From assembly GCA_963641945.1 (NCBI GenBank), contig CAVIDW010000003.1, forward strand, positions 16,874 through 80,873: DNA of 64,000 bases, given 5' to 3'. The position numbers and the translations under genes were made by a program. Shown one piece after another: positions 38,183 to 47,929 of the stretch; the first letter of the stretch is position 1; every line of letters starts with the position of its first letter. The notes below the pieces were generated by a model that saw only the letters and a program-made list of their open reading frames with translations, made no database searches and had not been told where the DNA came from. The stretch is from a bacterium. GTDB lineage: Bacteria > Bacillota_I > Bacilli_A > RF39 > UBA660.

Positions 38183-39781
38183 ATGGCAAAAAGAAATAAA
38201 AAACAACAAAGACGTGTCAAAAACCTTGCATTAGTATTTACTTTAACTACAATTGTTTTAGTTACATCTACATTTGCATGGTTTATTGGTATGCGTACTG
38301 TTAATGTTGATGAATTTGATGTTACAATTGCAGCAGTTGATGGATTGTCTCTTTCTTTAAATGGAACTGATTGGACAGAAAAGTTGTCTGTTAGCAAAGA
38401 AGCAGCAAATTATGATGGAAACACTAATGTTTGGGCAGAAAAGGGGCTAATTCCTATGTCTACAATTGGTGCATTAGATGATAATTCATCTACAATGAAA
38501 CTATTCCAAAAAGCAAGTTTAACTAAAACTGATGGTGGTTATAGATTACTTGCTAGCCGTGTAAATAATTATACAGAAACAGATGGAAAATATAATGAAG
38601 GTGATGGATATGTTGCATTTGACTTATTCATTAAAAACCTTTCTGGAGAAGAGTACTATATAGAAGATAATATAGCAAATGAAGAAGCAATTTATTTAAC
38701 AAATGATTCTTCAGTTAAAGTTTCAACAAGTGGTGGAATAGCTGGCACAGGAATTGAAAATTCAGTAAGAGTAGCATTCGCTCAAATTGGTAGAGTAATT
38801 GCAACAACAACTAATGCTGATATTATCAGAGGATTGAAATGTACTGGTGAGGCTACTGAACTTACAGATCCAACAGGAATTTGTCGTACAGCACAAATTT
38901 GGGAACCAAATGATAGAAACCACGTAGCAGGTGCAATCGAATATTATAGTGAATCTTGCAAAACAAGAACTGCAGATGGATATGGAGATACTAAATGTAA
39001 AGCAATTACTGATGGACTTGCATATTCAACATATGCTATATCTGAAGTAATAACATATAAGGATGGAGAAAACTTATTACCAGTTGTAGATGTATATGAT
39101 GGAGCAGATTATAATGGTTATGCGGGTTCAACAAAACTTCAAGCTGTTGATACATTTACAGATAGTGAAAAGTTATTAGCTGGAACTGCTAGACAAGATT
39201 TTATGACATTAGCTCCAAATAGTATTACTAAAGTTAGAGTTTATGTATATATTGAAGGTCAAGATATTGACAACTATGACTTAGCACAAATTGGTAAGAA
39301 GATATCAATTAACTTTGGATTTACTAAACAAAGATTTAATGAAGATGATATAAATTACACTGGTGATAATACTAATGAAGGTGATGGACCATTTGTAGCA
39401 AATGGAGATGGAACTTATAAACAAGCAAATGATACTACTAAACCATACATTGTATTAACTGGTGAAGGCATTACAAATGACACATTAACTATAACTAAAG
39501 GCACTGACTTTAGTACACTTTCAATAACTGCTAAAGCATATGATAAGGTTTCTACATATGAGGAAGGAACAGATGATGAAGGAAATAAAACTTACAATGT
39601 AACAACAACAGTAAATAATGAATTAACATGTGCTGATGCAACAAAAGGTGGAGCTGGATGTATTACTGAATCTGGTACTGTAAATACTGCAGTTGCAGGT
39701 ACTTACCAAGTTGTATACTCAGTTAAAGATACATCTGGAAATCTTGGTACTAAAGTATTAAATGTAGTTGTAAATGAATAG
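38183..39781 (+). CDS. secreted TasA-like family protein, tandem paralogue of 36623, with C-terminal Ig-like domain
   Basis: I prefer the start MAKRNKKQQRRVKNL, which parallels the paralogue's MAKKNKKYTKRVKNL. The signal reads ..VTSTFA/WFIGMRTVNV. The C-terminus reads ..AGTYQVVYSVKDTSGN. Confidence 0.65.
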   Translation: MAKRNKKQQRRVKNLALVFTLTTIVLVTSTFAWFIGMRTVNVDEFDVTIAAVDGLSLSLNGTDWTEKLSVSKEAANYDGNTNVWAEKGLIPMSTIGALDDNSSTMKLFQKASLTKTDGGYRLLASRVNNYTETDGKYNEGDGYVAFDLFIKNLSGEEYYIEDNIANEEAIYLTNDSSVKVSTSGGIAGTGIENSVRVAFAQIGRVIATTTNADIIRGLKCTGEATELTDPTGICRTAQIWEPNDRNHVAGAIEYYSESCKTRTADGYGDTKCKAITDGLAYSTYAISEVITYKDGENLLPVVDVYDGADYNGYAGSTKLQAVDTFTDSEKLLAGTARQDFMTLAPNSITKVRVYVYIEGQDIDNYDLAQIGKKISINFGFTKQRFNEDDINYTGDNTNEGDGPFVANGDGTYKQANDTTKPYIVLTGEGITNDTLTITKGTDFSTLSITAKAYDKVSTYEEGTDDEGNKTYNVTTTVNNELTCADATKGGAGCITESGTVNTAVAGTYQVVYSVKDTSGNLGTKVLNVVVNE

Positions 39782-39845
39782 TAAATACATAAAATCAATT
39801 CAAAATATACTAACTATATGGTTATGTTAGCAATATATAAATATT

Positions 39846-39874
39846 AAAGAATAATCACAAGTTGGTTATTCTTT
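39846..39874 (+). terminator. hairpin terminator (weak U tract)
   Basis: Stem AAAGAATAATC / GGTTATTCTTT (one G-U pair) with a 7-nt loop. Confidence 0.5.
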
Positions 39875-39896
39875 AATTGTTTATAGGAGGCTTTAG

Positions 39897-41012
39897 GTGA
39901 AAAATAAAAAAGATGTCAAAAACAATAATAAAAGCACAAAGCAAAAAAAAATTAAGATATTAAATGATAAAAAAAGAACAAGAATATTGTTTTGCATTAC
40001 AGTACTTCTTACAATCTTGCTAATATCTTCAACATATGCTTGGTTTAAAGCATCTCTTAATGTAAAGGTTAAGTTTATAAATATGAAAGTATCTACAGAT
40101 AGTGGTCTATTTATATCATTAGATGGTGTCAACTTTTCCAGTGAAATAGAAGTATCAAGAGAATCAATTATGGAAGATATTAATGATATTTATCCAAATC
40201 ATACAAATCAATGGGCATCAAGTGGACTTTGGACAGTCTCATCAAATGGAATAGAAAATTCTAATTCAGATAAGTTTAATTTATTTTATGGTGAACTTGG
40301 TAAATATCGTAGTGGAGAGAAAAAAGGCCAAAGATATTTATCTACAATGAAGATAGATGAAAGTAAAAAACAATCATGGAATAGATATATTGCTTTTGAT
40401 ATATTTTTAAAGAATGTAAGTGGTTCACCAAAAAGTGATAATTTATACTTAACTGAAGAGACATATTTTCAATTTGAAGATGGATATTTAGAAGGTTTAG
40501 AAGAAGATGATAGAGTTGAAATGGAAGGAATAATGAATTCTATTAGGCTTGGAATTGTAAGAATAGGTGATACTACTCTTAATGCTGATAAAGACACAAT
40601 TCAAAATTTAAAATGTAATAATAATTGTAAAACTATAATATATGAACCATTTAGTACTTCGCATACAGAAAAATCAATTGAAGATGCTGCTGAATATGGA
40701 ATTACAATGAGTAATGGAGAGTATATTCCAACTTATGGAGTATATAGTGAAGGAATATATTTAAATCATAAGAGTTGTTACTTTAATTCTGGAGTTTCAA
40801 TTGATACAGAACATTTTGCTCTACAAAAAACAATAAAAGATTCAAATTTAGATGATCCAATATTTCAATTACCAAATGGTATAACAAAATTACGTGTATA
40901 TATTTGGTTAGAAGGACAGGATATAGATAGTTTAGAAACACATTCAACAGGTGCTCCTATAGATGTTGGATTAGACTTTATAAAAGACTTATCAGGTTAT
41001 GAAGGATATTAG
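39897..41012 (+). CDS. secreted TasA-like family protein (third paralogue, no Ig tail)
   Basis: GTG start after an AGGAGG RBS. The signal reads ..ISSTYA/WFKASLN. It shares YIAFDIFLKNVSG and LRVYIWLEGQDIDSLE with the paralogues. Confidence 0.6.
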   Translation: MKNKKDVKNNNKSTKQKKIKILNDKKRTRILFCITVLLTILLISSTYAWFKASLNVKVKFINMKVSTDSGLFISLDGVNFSSEIEVSRESIMEDINDIYPNHTNQWASSGLWTVSSNGIENSNSDKFNLFYGELGKYRSGEKKGQRYLSTMKIDESKKQSWNRYIAFDIFLKNVSGSPKSDNLYLTEETYFQFEDGYLEGLEEDDRVEMEGIMNSIRLGIVRIGDTTLNADKDTIQNLKCNNNCKTIIYEPFSTSHTEKSIEDAAEYGITMSNGEYIPTYGVYSEGIYLNHKSCYFNSGVSIDTEHFALQKTIKDSNLDDPIFQLPNGITKLRVYIWLEGQDIDSLETHSTGAPIDVGLDFIKDLSGYEGY

Positions 41013-41030
41013 TAAAGGAAGTGATAAAAA

Positions 41031-44000
41031 TTGACAAGATTAAATTATAAAAAAATTATATATCTTTTAATTACGTTAATTTTTATAATGGGTATTACTA
41101 TTGCTATTCCTTCATTAGCAAGATATAAAAATAGAGTAAACACAGAAATAAATGTATGGGATGGAACTGTAGCAACCAGTTTCAAAAGTGGAGAAGGCAC
41201 AGCTTCATCTCCATATATAATTTCAAATGGTAGTGAACTTGCTTATCTTTCTGATTCATTAAAGGCAAACAATTATGAAGGTATTTACTTTAAAATATCT
41301 AGTGATATTGTTTTAAATGATGGAAAATTTAATTATGAAGATAATAAATACATATATGAAAAAGACAATAATAAATATTATATAAAAGATGATAAATATT
41401 ATAGTGATATTGGATATACAAGCGAAGTTGGCTCATTAAATATTTTAAATTCACTAGAAGGATTTAAAGGTACATTTAATGGAGATTCCCATGTAATATC
41501 AGGATTATATATGTATAATGATGAATCAGCTTTATTTAAAAGTTTAAATGGAAAAGTAGAAAAATTATATATTAAAAATTCTCTTTTAACGGGAAATAAA
41601 GCTGCATCACTAGTAACAAATTCTACTTCATCAATTATAAATGAAATACTATTTGATGGATTTGTTATTAGTAATGCAGAAAGTAAGATAAAAAATGGAA
41701 CAATTTCTATTGATACAATAGAATTAAACAATAATTCAAAGACAATAACTATAAATATAGATGATAGTATAGAAAGTTATAATAATATTAGTTCAATTAC
41801 AGTAAATGGTGACTATAATATAGATACTAATAATGGTTCTGTTTTAATAAACGAAACACCTGTAACTGATAATCATTTTGAAATAACTACAACAAATAAA
41901 TATTTTACAATTACTGCTAGTTCTACAGAAATAACTAATATTGGATTTGATAATGTATCATATGAAATAACTTATAATGATAATATGGCTAGTGGAATAG
42001 CGTTAAACGTTACCAACACTGAACTTACAAATATTATCAATAAAGGAAAAATATATTCTAATAATGTTTCAAGTGGAATAGTTGGAATATTAAATAACTC
42101 AAATTTAACTAATGCTTATAATAATGGAGTAGTAAATACTTTAGGTGGAATAACTTCATATATAACAGGAAGTTCTAGTTTAATTAATGTATATAATACT
42201 TATGAAGAAACATCTTTGATTAATATAATAGAAAATTCAAATTTAAATATAATTGGCTCTTTTAATACATCAAATATTAAACCAATAAATAATAATATTA
42301 ATTCAGTATTAAGTATCCAAGACTCATATATAGTTGATAGTTCTTTAGACAGTACATCTAGTTTTACCATAAAAACGATAGAAGAATTAAAATCAGAAAA
42401 TATGAAGAATATATTCCATGAATATATTTCACTTGATGACTTAAATTCAAATATAGATAATGCTTGGATATATGAAAATGATAGTTATCCACTTTTATTT
42501 AATGATGATATAACTAATGGAATTGCAACTCTTCATATTAAAACATATTCATATGATAATTTTAGTAATGTTTTAGAGACATTTAATTATAAAGATAATG
42601 TTTCATTTGGTATAGAAGATAATGATGAATTAAATCCTAGTAGTAAATATTATTATATTCATAATAGTAATACGCCTCTATCAAAAACAGAACTTGAAAG
42701 CATTGAAAATTGGATAGAATATAATCAAATACAAACAATATCTGAAGAAGGAAATTATATAGTATATGTTAAACTAGTAAATAATAATAAAACATATTAT
42801 ATAAATTCAGATGTATTTGCTATTGATAAAACTATTCCAAGTGTTACATTAACATTAGATAATAATGTATGGAATTCATTAAATACCGAATTAAATACAA
42901 TAGATATAGATGGCGAAAAGGCATTTACAATTGATGCTGTTGACTTACTATCAGGAGTTAAATCAATAAAATATTATTTATCAAAAAATATATTAAGTGA
43001 AACAGAATTAAGTAGTGTAGAGTGGATTACTTATGATGAAAATGCAAAAATTAAAGATTTAGGTAAATATATCATATATGTAAAAGTAAGTGATAAAGTT
43101 TCAAATGAAACAATAATAAATAGTGATTATATAAATTATGATGGATATAAATTAACTATAACATCTGGTAATCATTTGAATAGTAATTTAAATATAACAG
43201 ATAAATCTAAATTAAAATTTAAATTTATATATGATGGAGAAAACAATGTATCTGGAACACATAGTTTAGTTTCAAACACACTATTGCCAAATGGAACAAT
43301 AATAACATTAAATGATCAAAATAAAATATATGAACATATAGTTGATAACATTTCAAACAATTATGGATATGAAACTAATAATTATGCTACATATAATTTT
43401 GTACTATTTAAAGAAAAAAATAAATATAATGATACTTACTATCAAGAAAGTAATAGCGTTGGAGTAGAAAATATAGAAGTTACAATAGACTTTAAAAATA
43501 CAAATTTAACAAATAATTTAGAAAATGTTACATTATCATTAAATATTGGCAATGATAGAAAAACACTACAAAGTAACATTAAAGAATTTAATGTATATAT
43601 AGATAGTGATGCTACACTTGAATTAACATCAACTTATGACAATAAAGAAATAGAATTTAATATAGATTCAACTATAAGTATAGAGTTATCTAGTGGTGTT
43701 AAATATGCTACCAAAGATTCACAATCAGTTTTAGATACAACATATGAAGATAAAATGCAGGGCATTGCAATTAAATTACTTGATAGCAATAATAATATTT
43801 TAGATAAAACATATTTAGAAAAATTAGTATTTACTATAGATGGAATAAATTATACACCAGATAATGATAATATAATAAGAATCCCATTTAGTGATACAAC
43901 ATCATTAACAACAAAATCATTATTAATTACAACATCAAAAAGTGATTTAAATCTAACTGAAGATAATATAAATATAGAAATATCTAATTATATCTCATAT

Positions 44001-44444
44001 GATGGAAAGTACTATAATGAATTAAATAACAGCATTATAATTCCAGTTGTAATAACAAATAATAATAAAACAACAACTGATTATGAATTTAGTATTACAG
44101 TAGCAGATGAATCAAGAATAATAAATAAGAAAGATGAAAGTACTACATTAGATTTTGATATTGTTACCAAAAACATAATAAATCCTACAATTAAAGTTTC
44201 ATTATATAAAAAAGATAAATTAACAGCATATGATCAAACATACAATATAGTTGACTTAAAAGAATATACAACATCCACATTACAATCTTTTACTACAAAT
44301 GTATATTTGACAGATATAAATGATACATTTACTTTAAATTTAATACCTAGTAAATTTGAAAGCAATGGATATAAATTTGTATTTGATTTATATAGTGATA
44401 ATGTAAAAATAAATACTATAGAAAAGTATTTTATTGCTAAGTGA
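41031..44444 (+). CDS. 1137-aa Asn/Ile-rich secreted giant protein with SipW-type signal, beta-helix-like N-terminal region and tandem Ig-like modules
   Basis: TTG start after an AGGAAG RBS. The signal reads ..AIPSLA/RYKNRVN. GEGTASSPYIISNGSELAYL..YFKISSDIVLNDG is typical of passenger/beta-helix adhesins. Two repeated ..EL.S(I/V)EW(I).Y..I...G.YI(V/I)YVK modules follow. Confidence 0.6.
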   Translation: MTRLNYKKIIYLLITLIFIMGITIAIPSLARYKNRVNTEINVWDGTVATSFKSGEGTASSPYIISNGSELAYLSDSLKANNYEGIYFKISSDIVLNDGKFNYEDNKYIYEKDNNKYYIKDDKYYSDIGYTSEVGSLNILNSLEGFKGTFNGDSHVISGLYMYNDESALFKSLNGKVEKLYIKNSLLTGNKAASLVTNSTSSIINEILFDGFVISNAESKIKNGTISIDTIELNNNSKTITINIDDSIESYNNISSITVNGDYNIDTNNGSVLINETPVTDNHFEITTTNKYFTITASSTEITNIGFDNVSYEITYNDNMASGIALNVTNTELTNIINKGKIYSNNVSSGIVGILNNSNLTNAYNNGVVNTLGGITSYITGSSSLINVYNTYEETSLINIIENSNLNIIGSFNTSNIKPINNNINSVLSIQDSYIVDSSLDSTSSFTIKTIEELKSENMKNIFHEYISLDDLNSNIDNAWIYENDSYPLLFNDDITNGIATLHIKTYSYDNFSNVLETFNYKDNVSFGIEDNDELNPSSKYYYIHNSNTPLSKTELESIENWIEYNQIQTISEEGNYIVYVKLVNNNKTYYINSDVFAIDKTIPSVTLTLDNNVWNSLNTELNTIDIDGEKAFTIDAVDLLSGVKSIKYYLSKNILSETELSSVEWITYDENAKIKDLGKYIIYVKVSDKVSNETIINSDYINYDGYKLTITSGNHLNSNLNITDKSKLKFKFIYDGENNVSGTHSLVSNTLLPNGTIITLNDQNKIYEHIVDNISNNYGYETNNYATYNFVLFKEKNKYNDTYYQESNSVGVENIEVTIDFKNTNLTNNLENVTLSLNIGNDRKTLQSNIKEFNVYIDSDATLELTSTYDNKEIEFNIDSTISIELSSGVKYATKDSQSVLDTTYEDKMQGIAIKLLDSNNNILDKTYLEKLVFTIDGINYTPDNDNIIRIPFSDTTSLTTKSLLITTSKSDLNLTEDNINIEISNYISYDGKYYNELNNSIIIPVVITNNNKTTTDYEFSITVADESRIINKKDESTTLDFDIVTKNIINPTIKVSLYKKDKLTAYDQTYNIVDLKEYTTSTLQSFTTNVYLTDINDTFTLNLIPSKFESNGYKFVFDLYSDNVKINTIEKYFIAK

Positions 44445-44456
44445 GGATGTGCGTAA

Positions 44457-44993
44457 ATGAAATATAAAATATTAAAATTATTAATAATTGCAGCACTAGC
44501 AGTATTTGGACTAGGTATTACATATTCAATATTTAGTTCAAATACACTAGCTTCTGGTGATCAAAAAATAGCAAAATTTATTTTTAATGCTGAAGAAGTA
44601 GATAAACTTTCTATCCCTATTACCGACTTAAAACCAGGATATACAAATGATTTTGATTTTTCAGTTAGTAATAGTAAGGACGAAAAAATAAGTGATGTAA
44701 CAATAGAATATCAAATGACTATAAAAACATTTCATTTGGTACCATTAAATATAGAATTATATAAAGTAGATGGAGAAAGTGAAACATTACTTATAACATG
44801 TGATGAAACATTTTCAAGAAATGAAGATAATGAACTTGTATGTAATCTTCCAATAGAAGAATTAGATTATCAAAAAGAAATCAAAAATAATTATAGATTG
44901 AAAATATCTTTCCCAGAAGAATATAATGATGAAGTATATTCTAATTTAGTAGATTATATTGATATTGAAATAAAAAGTTGGCAAAAGGTATAG
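44457..44993 (+). CDS. small TasA/camelysin-like secreted protein
   Basis: The signal reads ..GLGITYS/IFSSNT. LKPGYTNDFDFSVSN parallels TasA LKPGDKLTKDFQFEN. Confidence 0.6.
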   Translation: MKYKILKLLIIAALAVFGLGITYSIFSSNTLASGDQKIAKFIFNAEEVDKLSIPITDLKPGYTNDFDFSVSNSKDEKISDVTIEYQMTIKTFHLVPLNIELYKVDGESETLLITCDETFSRNEDNELVCNLPIEELDYQKEIKNNYRLKISFPEEYNDEVYSNLVDYIDIEIKSWQKV

Positions 44994-45004
44994 AAAGGAA
45001 TATT

Positions 45005-45880
45005 ATGAAAAAGAAAAAAAGTTTATTATTAATTCTAATCATATTAGCTAGTTTCTTATTCATAAGTTCTATTTCCTTAGCTAAATATGTATCAAATAAA
45101 GTATGGAATCAATATTTAAAATCACAAGGTTTTTACTTTGAAAGCGAAAATTTATCAACTACAGGTAAGACAACAGTAAATACTTTATGGAATGGTTCAC
45201 AAGTAGATTTAGTTATACAAAATAATAATTTGAATCAAATAACGGATACTGATATAGAATATGAAATGACTTGTAGTATAGAAGGTGAGCAAAATGATTC
45301 ATTAAAATGTTTATCAAATGGAAAAGATACATATATTGGTACATTATCTGCTACAAGTACATGTGTAAATGATTCTAATATTGATACAAGCACCTTAACT
45401 AAAACAGAATGTGAATTAGGAGGATATACTTGGCAAAATATGATTGCTAAGAATGACTTATATTTTGAAATAGTTAAAACAGATGAATCGTATGAATTAA
45501 GTGATGTAACAGTAAATGTAACCATTACGAGTAAAAAGCCATACAAAAAAACATTAAAAGGAACGTATATATTAAAGTATAATAATATTGAAGATGGAAT
45601 AGTAACATCATCTTATAAAAATTATACTGATTATAATAGATTAACTATAACAAATTCATATGATACAAATAAATGTATAAATATTTCATATGATGGGAAT
45701 ACAAAAACATTAGATGTTGATTCTAGTCTAGCTAAAGGTTCTAATCAAGAAGGCAATATTAATGAAATGGAATTTATTATAAAAGGTAAAACTAGTGAAA
45801 GTTTTATAGTATATGATAGTAGTGAAGAATTAACTGATAACTTTGTTATTAGTGTTATAGATGAATGTAAAGGTAGTTGA
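45005..45880 (+). CDS. secreted Cys-containing protein with SipW-type signal
   Basis: ATG at 45005 (MKKKKSLLL..). The signal reads ..SSISLA/KYVSNKV. Several Cys residues sit in the mature part. Confidence 0.55.
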   Translation: MKKKKSLLLILIILASFLFISSISLAKYVSNKVWNQYLKSQGFYFESENLSTTGKTTVNTLWNGSQVDLVIQNNNLNQITDTDIEYEMTCSIEGEQNDSLKCLSNGKDTYIGTLSATSTCVNDSNIDTSTLTKTECELGGYTWQNMIAKNDLYFEIVKTDESYELSDVTVNVTITSKKPYKKTLKGTYILKYNNIEDGIVTSSYKNYTDYNRLTITNSYDTNKCINISYDGNTKTLDVDSSLAKGSNQEGNINEMEFIIKGKTSESFIVYDSSEELTDNFVISVIDECKGS

Positions 45881-45922
45881 TATTAATTTTCAACTGTGAT
45901 AATATAGAATAGGTGGTAATGT

Positions 45923-46447
45923 ATGAAAGTATTAAATGCAATAAAAAAATTTTTTCTAGGAGTTTTAACATTTGTGTTCTTTGTTTACGCGATTGCAATG
46001 ACATTTCTATTATTAAATTTTAATGATTACGGAGTTACAGAAGTTGGGGATACATCTGTAATTATAATTAAAGATAAAATATCTAATGAAAATTATAAAA
46101 AAGGTGACATTGTACTTGTAGAAAATAAGCAAATGAAGAATATACAAGTAGGAGATGAGTTATTTGCTTATAGAATTGATTCTAAAGGTGCTGCAAATAT
46201 TGAAATAGGAACAGTTGGTCAAGTACATTTAGATAGCGAAGCAGTTACTTTTGAAAATGGAGACTCTTACTCATATGAATTCTTAATCGGAGAAGGAACT
46301 AAAACTATTGGTAGTTTTGGAACATTCTTGGGACTAGTCGAATCTAAATGGGGATTCTTATTCACAGTACTAGTACCAAGTTTCATATTCTTTGTATATA
46401 ATCTATATGCATTAATCGTAGAAATAAAATACGGAGATGAAGAATAA
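45923..46447 (+). CDS. SipW-like bitopic membrane protein lacking recognisable catalytic motifs (possible pseudo-peptidase)
   Basis: SipW-like size and topology (N-terminal and C-terminal TM helices) and a KGDIVLV..VGDELFAY beta-core pattern. GSMxP and THR(I/V) boxes are absent. Confidence 0.4.
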   Translation: MKVLNAIKKFFLGVLTFVFFVYAIAMTFLLLNFNDYGVTEVGDTSVIIIKDKISNENYKKGDIVLVENKQMKNIQVGDELFAYRIDSKGAANIEIGTVGQVHLDSEAVTFENGDSYSYEFLIGEGTKTIGSFGTFLGLVESKWGFLFTVLVPSFIFFVYNLYALIVEIKYGDEE

Positions 46448-46448
46448 T

Positions 46449-46474
46449 AAATACGAATTAATTCGTATTTTTTT
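46449..46474 (+). terminator. intrinsic terminator
   Basis: Palindrome AAATACGAATT/AATTCGTATTT followed by a T run. Confidence 0.75.
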
Positions 46475-46566
46475 ATTTTAAAAAAACAGTTTATATGATA
46501 ATATAAATATATAAATATGTAATAAAGAAAATTTGCAAATAAAGTATTAAAGAAAGGAGGAAATAT

Positions 46567-46989
46567 ATGAAAAAATATTTAGCAATAACGTTTTTTGTAC
46601 TAACAATTGCAATTGTAACAAATTATGTCATAGTGAAAGCAGCAACATATCCATCGCCAGTAGGAACTTCATTCAGCAAAGAACTTGACAAAAACCAAGC
46701 ACAATACACATTTTGGAGAACAAAAACAAACTATTCAAGACAAACTTATGAAAACTTAGATGCTTTTACAAAATTAACAGATCCATGTCCTAATTGCAAA
46801 ATAGGTGCTAAACCATTTTTAGATAATGGTGATTTTCATTCTGGTATTGTAACAACATTAGGACATGTTGGAAAATTTAGTTCAACGTCTTCCACACCAG
46901 GAAATTACAGATTAAGCGTATGGAGAGTTGATGCAACATTGTTAACCACTTATCATTCTGCTCTTTGGACAATGAACAGTAATAATTAA
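46567..46989 (+). CDS. small secreted protein (140 aa) with CPNC motif
   Basis: Sec-type signal ..VIVKA/ATYPSP and AGGAGG RBS. I recognised no family motif. Confidence 0.6.
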   Translation: MKKYLAITFFVLTIAIVTNYVIVKAATYPSPVGTSFSKELDKNQAQYTFWRTKTNYSRQTYENLDAFTKLTDPCPNCKIGAKPFLDNGDFHSGIVTTLGHVGKFSSTSSTPGNYRLSVWRVDATLLTTYHSALWTMNSNN

Positions 46990-47039
46990 TAACAAAATAT
47001 AATGCAAATTTTCTTTATTTTAATTAATGGAGTGAAAAA

Positions 47040-47921
47040 ATGAAAAAAATAATATTTAATAATATACCTTTAATAATCAGTTTTTTATTTTTATTTTCAT
47101 TAGTTGTTTATGGACATTTGGAATATAAGAATGAGGTTCAAGGGATAAATGATACATATAATAAATATGTTACGGAATGTTCTCTATCCAATTTTGAAGA
47201 TGAAGAATATATAAGTTATTGCAATGATTTACTAGAAGACAAATATTATCCTAATTTTTTTTCAGAAGTTAGCTATATAATACATACAGTTAATTATATA
47301 TCAATGGTTTTATTTTTCACAGTAAGTATGCCAAGCTTATATTATATCTCAAAATATTTAAAAAATGGGATCATAAAAAACGAACTAACAAGAAAAACTT
47401 TTAAAAAATGTAAAATAAATTTACTTGCTATTTCATATAAAGGTGCATTAATATTACCTATAATTGCAATTGTAATGTTTGTTTTAAGTTATGCAAATAC
47501 AAAAACATTTGAAACATTTAACATGCAAGATATTATCTGGGAAAATTCGACTACAGCAAATCCATATTTATTTATAATAATGTATTTAATAAATATTACA
47601 ATCCATTCTATATTGTATTGTAATATATCATTATGCATAGTTAGAAAAAAACATAATTATTATGTTTCATCAATATTGTCTTACCTAACATTTATTGCAA
47701 TTGAATTGATACTAGAGCTAGGAATAAACACTATATTATTTGGAAAAATATTTAAAATAAACCTAGGTGTAATATTAAGTATATTTAATGTATTAGCATT
47801 TAATGACAGCTATGGAGTTTTGGCACCACTTGTAGTTCCAACTATTATGCTATGTATATCATATGTATTCTTATATTTTATGTATAAAGATAAAGAAAAA
47901 TTAATTATAGATTGTAATTAG
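47040..47921 (+). CDS. polytopic membrane protein, ABC-2-type permease-like
   Basis: TM1, then an extracytoplasmic loop, then about five further TM helices. It lies adjacent to the ABC ATPase. Confidence 0.5.
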   Translation: MKKIIFNNIPLIISFLFLFSLVVYGHLEYKNEVQGINDTYNKYVTECSLSNFEDEEYISYCNDLLEDKYYPNFFSEVSYIIHTVNYISMVLFFTVSMPSLYYISKYLKNGIIKNELTRKTFKKCKINLLAISYKGALILPIIAIVMFVLSYANTKTFETFNMQDIIWENSTTANPYLFIIMYLINITIHSILYCNISLCIVRKKHNYYVSSILSYLTFIAIELILELGINTILFGKIFKINLGVILSIFNVLAFNDSYGVLAPLVVPTIMLCISYVFLYFMYKDKEKLIIDCN

Positions 47922-47929
47922 GAGTTAAA

